Part shown: positions 52,835 to 61,113 of the stretch, piece after piece
Numbering within the stretch: the first letter of the stretch is position 1
How the letters are laid out: each line of letters opens with the position of its first letter
IMG/VR virus record: IMGVR_UViG_3300038308_000004
Span: 1-61,113 of that record
DNA length: 61,113 nucleotides
Strand: one strand, 5' to 3'
Origin: a virus
Lineage: Duplodnaviria > Caudoviricetes
Made by a program: the position numbers and the translations under genes
Notes under the pieces: model-generated
Told to the model about the DNA's origin: nothing
Seen by the model: the letters and a program-made list of their open reading frames with translations, nothing else
Database searches by the model: none

Positions 52835-54424
52835 ATGCGCATGCCGACCTTGACCCCAGACCTGATCCAGAACCTGCGCCAGGCCCTGCCCCGAGAGATC
52901 GAGGCCGAGCTCGCCAGGCGTGGCCTCTCCATCCCCCAGGCCCTGGCCCACCGGGAGGGCCCTGCGCGATCGGCCTTCGCTCAGTCCCTCCTCCAATTCC
53001 GCGCAGGCGAGATCTACCCCGACGAGATGCTCAGGCGTTGCGAGGAGCAGCTTGGCCTCAAACTCCCCACCGAGCCCGTTTGCAGCAACCACCAGGCGCC
53101 GGGGCAGTATTTTCTAGACTCCATTTCCAGCAGGGACGGCGGCCAGCCCATTGTCTGTGCCTGCAGGAGCGGGGGCAAGACCGAGCTCACGGCGTTGATC
53201 GCCCTCATCGAATCCGTGGCCTATAGTGACTGTGGCACGCGGATACTGGGTGGCAGCGAGACTCAGAGTCTGGGGCTCTATGAGCATCTCACGGAGTTCA
53301 TCAAGCATGGTGACCTCTATGATTTGCTCGACGGCGAGCCGCTGACGACGCGGGTGAAATTCAAAAACGGTAGCCGTGCACGCATCCTAGCCGCAAGCCA
53401 AAGAAGTGTCCGCGGCCCCCATGTGCCGCGCTTGATCCTGGACGAAGTTGATGAGATTGAGCCCGAGATCTACCGGGCGGCGTTGCCGATCCTGACATCC
53501 ACATCTGACATCCCGGGCACGCTAAGAATCCTCTCGACCATGAACCGGCCCGATGGCCTGATGGGCCAGATCATGGAGGAGGGCGTTGACGCCGGCCGAC
53601 AGTTCTATACCTGGTGCGTTTTCGATGTCATGGAGCGATGCGAGGGTCGGGACTGCAGCAAGTGCGTGCTCTGGGAGGACTGCCAGGGCAAGGCCCAGCG
53701 GGCCAACGGCTATTACAAGGTCGATGACGCCGTCAAACTCCGCACCGCTCCCGGCTTCTGCCGCGAAGACTGGGAAAGCCAGATGCTGTGTTTGAAACCC
53801 GGACACAAGAGCTTGATCTGGTCCGGCTATAACGAGCAATTTCACCTATATACCCCCCCTGCAGACTTCGACTTTCGAGAGTTCCGCAAGACCCTGCGTC
53901 GGGTTCTGGCTGGGGTGGACTGGGGCTATGAGAACCCTGCCACCATTATTGTTGTAGGCGAGGACAGCAGGGGCAGATTGTGGGCAATAGAAGAATTCTA
54001 TAAAGCACATATTTTGGATGAAGATCTGGGGGAGGAAGCCAAGCTCCTGCACGATAAGTGGGGCATAGAGATGTTTTATTGTGACCCCGAGGATGCGGGC
54101 GCGATCGCAAAATGGCGACGCCCCCCCCTGAGCCTCCCTGTGCGCAGGGCGAAAAATGCCGTGGAGAAGGGAATCTCCGCCGTGGCCTCCCGCTTCCAGT
54201 TGCTGCCGCCCCACAACCTGCCCAGGATCTACATCTTCAACTCCTTGACCAATTTACGCCGGGAGATCAAAGGCTATCGGCGGCGGGGCGACGGTGTGCG
54301 CAGTTCCAGTCTACGGGGGGATAAGGCCAAGGAGGACATCATCAAGAAAAATGATCATGGTTGCGACGCCTTCAGGTATGTTATAATGGCGTTTGATCGG
54401 CCGGGATATGCGGGGGGGTATTGA
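52835..54424 (+). CDS. terL: terminase large subunit
   Basis: CRSGGKT, VRGPH, LILDEVD, LST, GVDWG, YCDP, DHGCDAFRY. Confidence 0.93.
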   Translation: MRMPTLTPDLIQNLRQALPREIEAELARRGLSIPQALAHREGPARSAFAQSLLQFRAGEIYPDEMLRRCEEQLGLKLPTEPVCSNHQAPGQYFLDSISSRDGGQPIVCACRSGGKTELTALIALIESVAYSDCGTRILGGSETQSLGLYEHLTEFIKHGDLYDLLDGEPLTTRVKFKNGSRARILAASQRSVRGPHVPRLILDEVDEIEPEIYRAALPILTSTSDIPGTLRILSTMNRPDGLMGQIMEEGVDAGRQFYTWCVFDVMERCEGRDCSKCVLWEDCQGKAQRANGYYKVDDAVKLRTAPGFCREDWESQMLCLKPGHKSLIWSGYNEQFHLYTPPADFDFREFRKTLRRVLAGVDWGYENPATIIVVGEDSRGRLWAIEEFYKAHILDEDLGEEAKLLHDKWGIEMFYCDPEDAGAIAKWRRPPLSLPVRRAKNAVEKGISAVASRFQLLPPHNLPRIYIFNSLTNLRREIKGYRRRGDGVRSSSLRGDKAKEDIIKKNDHGCDAFRYVIMAFDRPGYAGGY

Positions 54425-54687
54425 TGAAAGAGAATAATGAAATTATGCAGGATATTGTGAATGATCCCACCAGAAGAATAGCATTTCGAGACATGATGGC
54501 CAGAGCCCTTTATGCTGAGTATTGCAAAAGTGAAAGTCTTTATATCAGGGACGATATAAGCATTAGAACTGCCTGGGCGGCAGATGGACGAAACCGTAAA
54601 ATGTGGACAGAACGGGCAGAGAGAGTATTGATAGAATTAGTGCAGGCATGTTATAATGGCGTTTGATAAGCCAGGATATGCGGGGGG
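54373..54687. repeat. 45-bp imperfect direct repeat of the terL 3' end
   Basis: CAGGYATGTTATAATGGCGTTTGAT...GGATATGCGGGGGG at 54373-54417 and 54643-54687. Confidence 0.88.
54421..54666 (+). CDS. AT-rich hypothetical protein (moron-like)
   Basis: Lies between the two repeat copies. Confidence 0.55.
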   Translation: MMKENNEIMQDIVNDPTRRIAFRDMMARALYAEYCKSESLYIRDDISIRTAWAADGRNRKMWTERAERVLIELVQACYNGV

Positions 54688-54714
54688 ATGGCGTATGTAT
54701 TATGGTGGTGACGC

Positions 54715-54945
54715 ATGATTACAAGACACCCTACGAACAAAATGATTGAAGTAGACCAAGAAAAGCTATTGCTGGCAGATTGGATCTGGCAAAGTCATAG
54801 TTGGGTCGAATTGAGTCCGGGATATGCAGAGTGCAAGTGGTGTGAGAAGAAGCATAGCTTCAATTGGTGCATAACTGCAGAAGATGATCTGTGTCCGGAA
54901 AATCCAGCGGTGAAGAGACTTAACAGGACGGTTCCCCTTAACTGA
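54715..54945 (+). CDS. AT-rich hypothetical protein
   Basis: HSW...CKWC...CP motif; stop overlaps the portal CTG. Confidence 0.55.
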   Translation: MITRHPTNKMIEVDQEKLLLADWIWQSHSWVELSPGYAECKWCEKKHSFNWCITAEDDLCPENPAVKRLNRTVPLN

Positions 54946-56498
54946 CCGATTTTTTCGCCAGCATCGCCGAGAAGGTCGTCCGTGGCGGCCTGACCGAGCT
55001 CGCCCAAAAAGATGACGTTCTGCGTTTGCAGCAGATCACCAAAGCCTGGGACTTCTATCGCGGCGACCAGATCCAGTACCTGGAGCAGGAGGACCGGGCC
55101 TTCGTCCTGCGCCATCCCGAGATCCGCAAAGAGGAAGGCGACGCCATCCTCTCCCGCCTCAGAGTCCACCTCAACTATACCAAGCTCATAATCAATCGAT
55201 ACCTCAACGGCGTCTACGGCCTTGAGACCCTGCGCAAAGTCGCCGACGAATCCAATCATATCCTGCTGGAGCAGATCTGGAAGCGCAACCGCATGCGCGG
55301 GTTTATGACCGGAGTTCAGCGTGTGTCCGAGATCGAAGGCACCTGTGCCGTAATCCCTCGCTGGAAGGAAAAACTCAAGGCCATCAAATATGAGAAGTAC
55401 GGCGCTCAGCACATCATCCCCATCTCCCAGCCCGACGACCCCACGAGCCTCCACGCCCTAATCCTATCCTGGCCGGCCGAGAATAAGTGGGGCCTAATCC
55501 CGGATGTGATCTCCGATACCCTGCCCGGGAGTGGGGGCGTCTGGAAATATGCCTGGAACGCTGTGACCGGCCGCACCGCCGACCTCCGTGGCGTGCAGAA
55601 ATACACCGAGATCTGGACCGAGGAGTGGGTCGAGGCCTACCTGGGCAAGAAGCTCCTGACCTCCATCCCCAACCCCTACGGCGTCATCCCCTTCGCCGTC
55701 TTCCGGGCCGAGGAGGATGATGGCACCTTCTACGGCCAGACCAACATCCACGACGTCGTCGCCGTCAACCACATCATCAACCGCATGGTCAGCGACCTCG
55801 AAGAGATCATCCGCGTCCACGGTTTCAGTTTACTTTTTGTCAAGGGGGACATGGTGGACACGCTGATCATGCGGCCGACATCGTTCCTGAAGATGGAAGC
55901 GGATAAGGAAAGCAACTCCGATGCCAAATACTTGACCCCCAATTCCCCTATCGGCGAGATCCAGGAATTCGTGCAGTGGCTCGTGGCCCGCATGGCCGAT
56001 GTTTCCCAGGTCCCCCAGGCCGCTATTGCCAGCAGCGACTTCCCGGAGTCCGGGTTCGCGCTGACCATCCGCTGGCTGCCCTACACGCAGGCGCTGGCCC
56101 AGAAGCGACTGCTTTACAAGGACGCCGAGGATGACCTGGCCATCAAGACGCTGTTGGTACAGCGGGCACATACCGGCCAGGGCGACCCCGACAACTGCGA
56201 CCTGAGCCTGGAGTTCAAGGACCGCGATTTCTTGCCGAAACCGGAGGCCGAGGAGCGCGCCAGGAATGAATTCGCCCTGCTCCATAACGTCATTACGCCG
56301 ATCGATCTCCTGCGAGAGCGATTCCCCGACCTGGACGAGGAGCAGTTGGAGGAGAGGTTCTGGCGCAATGTGGCCTTCAACCGGCAACTGCAGGAGCGGG
56401 GGATAGAGAGCGATGAGGCCTTGGCGGCAGCGGGGGCTCGCAAAATGAAAGCGCGGGCGGAGGCCGAGGCTCAGGAGCTGGAGACGGAGGAGGAGTAA
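54942..56498 (+). CDS. portal protein (SPP1 gp6-like); CTG start proposed, TTG 55026 is the alternative
   Basis: FYRGDQ, NYTKLII, NPYGVIPF, SGFAL; follows terL. Confidence 0.88.
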   Translation: MTDFFASIAEKVVRGGLTELAQKDDVLRLQQITKAWDFYRGDQIQYLEQEDRAFVLRHPEIRKEEGDAILSRLRVHLNYTKLIINRYLNGVYGLETLRKVADESNHILLEQIWKRNRMRGFMTGVQRVSEIEGTCAVIPRWKEKLKAIKYEKYGAQHIIPISQPDDPTSLHALILSWPAENKWGLIPDVISDTLPGSGGVWKYAWNAVTGRTADLRGVQKYTEIWTEEWVEAYLGKKLLTSIPNPYGVIPFAVFRAEEDDGTFYGQTNIHDVVAVNHIINRMVSDLEEIIRVHGFSLLFVKGDMVDTLIMRPTSFLKMEADKESNSDAKYLTPNSPIGEIQEFVQWLVARMADVSQVPQAAIASSDFPESGFALTIRWLPYTQALAQKRLLYKDAEDDLAIKTLLVQRAHTGQGDPDNCDLSLEFKDRDFLPKPEAEERARNEFALLHNVITPIDLLRERFPDLDEEQLEERFWRNVAFNRQLQERGIESDEALAAAGARKMKARAEAEAQELETEEE

Positions 56499-56499
56499 G

Positions 56500-57507
56500 T
56501 TGGCCCTGCCGCTCTCGACCATCCTCGTCACCCTGACCCGGATCTCGGATGAGTACCGCATGCAACTCGACGACATCGAGGACGGAGCCGAAAGGGATCT
56601 CATCCGGATCCTGCTCGACGCCGAGGGCAAGACTGTACGGGTTATCGAGAAGCAGTTGCGCCGGGGCGAGTTGACCCTGGAGCAGTCGGTCCGCATGGTC
56701 TCCGAGATTCAGCGCGTGCTGCGGCGCGACATGGTGGGCCGGGGTCTGTCTTGGGTGGACGACAACTTCAGCCTGGCCTACCGCAACGGGACCGCGATGG
56801 TGCGGGACAGCTACCTGGCGGGGGAGGAGCTTGGCGTCGGGGCCAAGGGGCTGCGGCTGATCGATTCGGACCCCGTGCGGGCGGCCTTTATCAACTTCAC
56901 CGAAGCCGACGAGGTCGCCTTCGTCTCGGGCTCGGAAAAGGGGTATACCCTGATCCGGCAGATCGAGAGCGATACCGTGACCCACCTGCGTGAGGTCTTC
57001 ACGCGCCACGTTGCCCTGGGGAGCGACACCAACACCATCGCCGAGGCCATCTTGGAGGGCGGAAAGCTCAAGCCCATCGGACGATTCAGCGCCGAAACCC
57101 GGGCTAAGATGATCGCCCGCACCGAGCTGGCCCGAATCGCCGAGCTGGCCGAGGAAGTCAAAGCCCGCGAGGTGGGCATCGAGCACTTCCGCTGGCATGC
57201 CACGTTCGATCACCGCACGGCCAGGGACTCGGTGATCCGCCACGGCAAGGTCAAGACCCGCCAGGAGTGGGAGCGATACTCCCCCGACCGCCACCGCGGC
57301 ACTCCGCCCCTGAGGCCCAGGGATCGCTGCATGTTGATCCCCATGCGGCGCAAGTGGATTAGGGATGATGCGGGCCGAGACGATTTCGACCGCGCTGTAA
57401 GTGAGGGCCTGCGACTGTTGGTCCATCCCGATGAGCGCCGATTCATCTCCGAGATGGCCGCCGCAAGCAAGGGTGGGGCCAAGATCTCGCTCGATTTTTT
57501 GAACTGA
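56500..57507 (+). CDS. minor head/morphogenesis protein (SPP1 gp7/Mu gpF-like)
   Basis: RAKMIARTE...WHATFDHRT...HGKV...PPLRPRDRC. Confidence 0.85.
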   Translation: MALPLSTILVTLTRISDEYRMQLDDIEDGAERDLIRILLDAEGKTVRVIEKQLRRGELTLEQSVRMVSEIQRVLRRDMVGRGLSWVDDNFSLAYRNGTAMVRDSYLAGEELGVGAKGLRLIDSDPVRAAFINFTEADEVAFVSGSEKGYTLIRQIESDTVTHLREVFTRHVALGSDTNTIAEAILEGGKLKPIGRFSAETRAKMIARTELARIAELAEEVKAREVGIEHFRWHATFDHRTARDSVIRHGKVKTRQEWERYSPDRHRGTPPLRPRDRCMLIPMRRKWIRDDAGRDDFDRAVSEGLRLLVHPDERRFISEMAAASKGGAKISLDFLN

Positions 57508-57592
57508 AAAACATTTTGTTGCCAAACGGCATAATTTTTGGTAATTTTATGCCAGTGGATTCATTGTATTCCAATGAAAGGAGTTCTTAACT

Positions 57593-58429
57593 TTGGAAGG
57601 AGAACCCAGTGTAATCCCTGCAACCGATCCTGGCAAAGCGCCCGGTGCTACTTCTCCTCCCCCAGCGGAGTTACTCTCCAATCCCCATGTCCAGCAGCTG
57701 CTCCGCAGCCACGCCGAAGCCCTGGGGTCCAAGGAGGCCGCCATCCTGGCGGGACAACGGGAGATCGAAGCCATCAAGGGTCAGCTCACGCCCCTGCAGC
57801 AGAGGATCGCCGAGCTTGACGCCGCCGAGAAGCGGGCCAAGGAAGCCGGGATGAGCGAGATCGAGAAGCTAACCACACATCTCACGGAGGCCGAGTCCAA
57901 GCGGATGGAGCACGAGACCGCCCTCAAGGCCGAACGCGAGAGTCGGGCGGCCCTGGAGGCCAGCATCACAGCGGAGCGGGAGCGCGGCCGCAATGAGCGC
58001 GATTTCTTCTCCCTGTTGGCAATCCAAGCCGTCTCCCCCAATGCCTATGAGTTGCGCGGGCTGCTAGATGACGTGGCGGGTCTCAAGTACACCGGGGAGG
58101 AGGAGCGCACGCAGAAGATTCAGGCTGTCATCACCAACTTCGTAGAGGCCACGGGCCGCAAGAAGGCCGCAGATCAGGGAGTGGAACAGGGGCCGCAGCA
58201 GCCAGCGGCAGGGGGGGCCCAAAAAATCGCGGTTCTGCCCACGCCTCCTGGTGGCCAGCCGCCCCAGGGGGCGGCTCTGATCCCGGATACCTATACCGAG
58301 GAGCAGATGATGGCGCTGGCCCGTAGTAAGGACCCACGGGACCGGGAACTCTATGCCAAGATCCGGGACCAGCGCATCGCCATCAATCAGGCCAAGGGGG
58401 TCGGACCCTTGAGGATGAAACTGGCGTAG
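57593..58429 (+). CDS. capsid scaffolding protein
   Basis: Coiled coil with MSEIEK; immediately upstream of the capsid gene. Confidence 0.7.
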   Translation: MEGEPSVIPATDPGKAPGATSPPPAELLSNPHVQQLLRSHAEALGSKEAAILAGQREIEAIKGQLTPLQQRIAELDAAEKRAKEAGMSEIEKLTTHLTEAESKRMEHETALKAERESRAALEASITAERERGRNERDFFSLLAIQAVSPNAYELRGLLDDVAGLKYTGEEERTQKIQAVITNFVEATGRKKAADQGVEQGPQQPAAGGAQKIAVLPTPPGGQPPQGAALIPDTYTEEQMMALARSKDPRDRELYAKIRDQRIAINQAKGVGPLRMKLA

Positions 58430-58513
58430 AGGATTCGGGGCGGCACTCTGGGGCTCGCAAGGGGAGCCCATTGGCCGCCTTAAACCACATCATCAGAGGA
58501 GGTACCCCCTTGA

Positions 58514-59500
58514 TTGCCTAACCAATACATGGAAGTCGCAACCGGAACCTTAGGCGGGTTTATGGTCCTGGACTATACTTTCGGCATTGATTTGCTCCTG
58601 GATGCCGAGCCCAGGATGAGGTTTGCTCAATATGTTACGCGCGTCGACAGGCCGGGCGCGAAAGCTGGAGAATCCATTACTGTCCCGACCATTGGGACGA
58701 TGGACCTCAGCGGTACCACGGCTCTAACCGAAGGCACGGCCATCACGGTCTCCAGGCTGACGCTGGGCAGCGCCAACGTCAGCATTTCCGAGTACGCGCG
58801 GTCTCTAGGCTGGACGGGCAAGTTAGACGCCATGAGCTGGTTTGCTTTGGACCCGCAGCTCAAGCGCAAATTGCTCGATTCCTACGCCAAGACCATCGAC
58901 GCCCTGGCCAGGGCCGCCTACTTCGGCGCGGCTACGACCGGCACCTACGTCACCGTAGCCCTAGGCCCGACGACAGCGCCGGGCACGGTCTACAGCAGCG
59001 GCACGGGTACCGGGACCGCCACCGATGAGTTGACGTACAACTGCATCGAGCATGCCGTAGACCAGCTCAGGGGCCGCGATGTGCCGCCCTTCGAGGATGA
59101 GGGTGGAGAATACTATGTCGGGATCTTCACCCCGGCAGCATTGCGGGGTCTGAAACATGACCCCAATTACCAAAACGCCCATTTGTACTCGGGCGCCAGG
59201 GCGCTGCTGCGGGGCGAAGACGGGGAGCTCGAAGGGGTGCGGTTCCTGACGACTACCAACATCCCCGCATATGCTCCCGCCGGAGGGGCTACGACATATC
59301 CGCATGGGGTCATCTTTGGGATGGACGCCGTAGGTCGGGCGGTGGCGATGGAGATGGAGCTCCGGGTCGAGCTCGACAAGGACACGGACTTCGGCCGGCA
59401 AAAGGCCATCGCTTGGGTGTCCCTGGAGGGTTTCGGGCCCCTGATGACGGCACACGTCCAGGAAGTCCAGTGTCTCGCCGGCAAGTACACGGTACAATAA
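58514..59500 (+). CDS. major capsid protein (N4-gp56-like, HK97 fold)
   Basis: GESIT.P, LTEG, GE.G.LEGVRF..T, DFGR; position after scaffold. Confidence 0.88.
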   Translation: MPNQYMEVATGTLGGFMVLDYTFGIDLLLDAEPRMRFAQYVTRVDRPGAKAGESITVPTIGTMDLSGTTALTEGTAITVSRLTLGSANVSISEYARSLGWTGKLDAMSWFALDPQLKRKLLDSYAKTIDALARAAYFGAATTGTYVTVALGPTTAPGTVYSSGTGTGTATDELTYNCIEHAVDQLRGRDVPPFEDEGGEYYVGIFTPAALRGLKHDPNYQNAHLYSGARALLRGEDGELEGVRFLTTTNIPAYAPAGGATTYPHGVIFGMDAVGRAVAMEMELRVELDKDTDFGRQKAIAWVSLEGFGPLMTAHVQEVQCLAGKYTVQ

Positions 59501-59586
59501 CCCCCTCTGACGGGGTCTAAAGATTGACGGCCAAAGGGGAGGGGTGATCAGCTCCCTCCCCAAATCCAGAAGGGGGTTACGAGTGG

Positions 59587-60585
59587 TTGGCCAGGAAGAA
59601 ATTTACGGCGGGGGGGAAGATCCCCGACAAGTATATGGAGAAGGACCAGGATGGTACTACCTCCGGCCAGCAGGTTATCACCAAGGCCGGGACTACGGCG
59701 TTGGCGCTTTCGGGCTCGGACGCGGATCTGGTGCTCTCCGGCACCATGGCCCAGATTATCTTCAGCGGGACCAGCGGGACCTTGAACATGTCCGGTCCCA
59801 CCCCGGCCATCGTGGGGGCCATCCAGCACCGCAACACCAAGGCCGGGACGGTGGCGATCGATCTCTCGGGCTCGGATGCCGATATTCAGCTCACGGGCAC
59901 CAATTCCCAGATCATCCTGTCCGGCAACGCCAGCAAGATCACATTTTCCGGCACCAGCCAGGTTCTGGATATGGCGGGCGAGACGCCAGCAATCACCGGC
60001 GCCATCCAGTTGCGAGTGAGCAAGGCTGGCACCGTGGCCGTCGATCTCTCAGGGTCGGATTCGGACATCCAGCTCACGGGGTCAAACGCTCAGATCATCA
60101 TGAGCGGCGATACCCCAACGCTGAATATGAGCGGGGCCGGGGGGCTGCTCACGGGCACCATGCAGGTCGTGACCAATCGCGCTGGTACCGTGGCCATCAA
60201 CGTGCCGGGATCAGACGCCGATATTCAGCTCACGGGTACCAATTCCCAGATTATCTTGAGCGGCAATGCCAGCAAGATCACTATGAGCGGGACCAATCAG
60301 GTCCTGGATATGACGGGCGAGGCACCATCGATCGCTGGGGCGATCCTGCTCAACACCAGCAAGGCCGGGACAACCGCGGTGCTGCTCTCTGGAAGTGACG
60401 CGGATCTGGAAATCACCGGCACCAATGCCCAGATTCTCATGAGCGGCAATGCTTCAGGGATTCGATTAACGGGAACGAGCTCCAAATGGTACATGACCAA
60501 TGATGTAGGCCAGGTGGGCACCATCGACTTTACCGGCAGCTCGATCCGGCTTTACTTCGGCGGTGGAACAGGGACCTTCGTATAA
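59587..60585 (+). CDS. repetitive beta-solenoid-like virion protein (head fibre/decoration candidate)
   Basis: Five (K/R)AGT...GSD.D units built on a 9-residue periodicity. Confidence 0.7.
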   Translation: MARKKFTAGGKIPDKYMEKDQDGTTSGQQVITKAGTTALALSGSDADLVLSGTMAQIIFSGTSGTLNMSGPTPAIVGAIQHRNTKAGTVAIDLSGSDADIQLTGTNSQIILSGNASKITFSGTSQVLDMAGETPAITGAIQLRVSKAGTVAVDLSGSDSDIQLTGSNAQIIMSGDTPTLNMSGAGGLLTGTMQVVTNRAGTVAINVPGSDADIQLTGTNSQIILSGNASKITMSGTNQVLDMTGEAPSIAGAILLNTSKAGTTAVLLSGSDADLEITGTNAQILMSGNASGIRLTGTSSKWYMTNDVGQVGTIDFTGSSIRLYFGGGTGTFV

Positions 60586-61113
60586 ATGGCGGTAGATGAT
60601 CAATTTATTAAAGATGTTTTGGCCGGTGTCTCGGCTACCGAGCTTTGCTCCAAACACGGGCTCTCTCATGCCGCAGTAGCGGCCAGGATCCGCTGGGCCC
60701 GGGAGCACGGCAAACTCGGCGATGATATCAGGAAAGCCCCCCCGGGATCCGATTCCGCTCCGGATGCCCAGGGCACGCTTTCCGCCCAGGGGGCAGGGGA
60801 TCCTCTCACTCCTGCTCCCGCCCCCACTCCCACGGGCCGCCATGCAAAGACCCGCGCGGAGATCCTGGCGCTGATCAACAGCCAGCGCGGGCGCAGCGTC
60901 GAGCGGCGCCTAGCGGTTTTGGTTAGGACCCAGATCGCAGCCCATGAGGCCGCACATGGGCCAAATGCCGCCTATCGGCTGGGGCGGTTTCAATGGGCCA
61001 GGACCGAGCGGCTGCGGATGCTGGGCCTGACCATGACCGACATCCGCCGACTGCGGGGCATCCTCCCCGACCCGGCCCCAACCACAGAGGAGGCCGCCGG
61101 CGATGGCCAATAG
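60586..61113 (+). CDS. hypothetical protein with N-terminal HTH-like segment
   Basis: SATELCSKHGLSHAAVAARIRW; ends at the window edge. Confidence 0.55.
   Translation: MAVDDQFIKDVLAGVSATELCSKHGLSHAAVAARIRWAREHGKLGDDIRKAPPGSDSAPDAQGTLSAQGAGDPLTPAPAPTPTGRHAKTRAEILALINSQRGRSVERRLAVLVRTQIAAHEAAHGPNAAYRLGRFQWARTERLRMLGLTMTDIRRLRGILPDPAPTTEEAAGDGQ

Noticed and set aside
1-61113. Alternative genetic code or stop-codon reassignment
   Set aside because: Core genes are full-length under the standard bacterial code and all three stops are used; the tRNA is a normal Gln(TTG), not a suppressor

Overview
A near-complete genome segment of a tailed dsDNA phage with siphovirus-like gene content, apparently circularly permuted. 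The + strand carries late genes: packaging and head genes at about 49.6-61.1 kb, then accessory genes, a glycosyltransferase, tail and lysis genes at 1-22 kb. The - strand carries an early arm at about 22-49.4 kb with recombination/annealing proteins, lambda O-like replication with iterons, RuvC, methyltransferases and other nucleotide-modifying enzymes, and many small Zn-finger ORFs. One tRNA-Gln is present. I could not recognise an integrase, DNA polymerase, head-tail adaptors or a CRISPR array. Most notable: (1) an intein in the SNF2/HARP helicase whose endonuclease is a complete separate ORF in the +1 frame nested inside the still-open intein frame; (2) strong Gly-Thr enrichment in surface virion proteins next to a phage glycosyltransferase; (3) an HNH gene that appears to have split a ParB-like gene and supplied a replacement N-terminus; (4) an AcrIII-1/DUF1874-like protein with Tyr at the catalytic His position; (5) a sigma54-type promoter architecture with a long structured leader; (6) CTG/TTG start codons on structural genes. 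All calls come from manual motif reading; no database searches were run.
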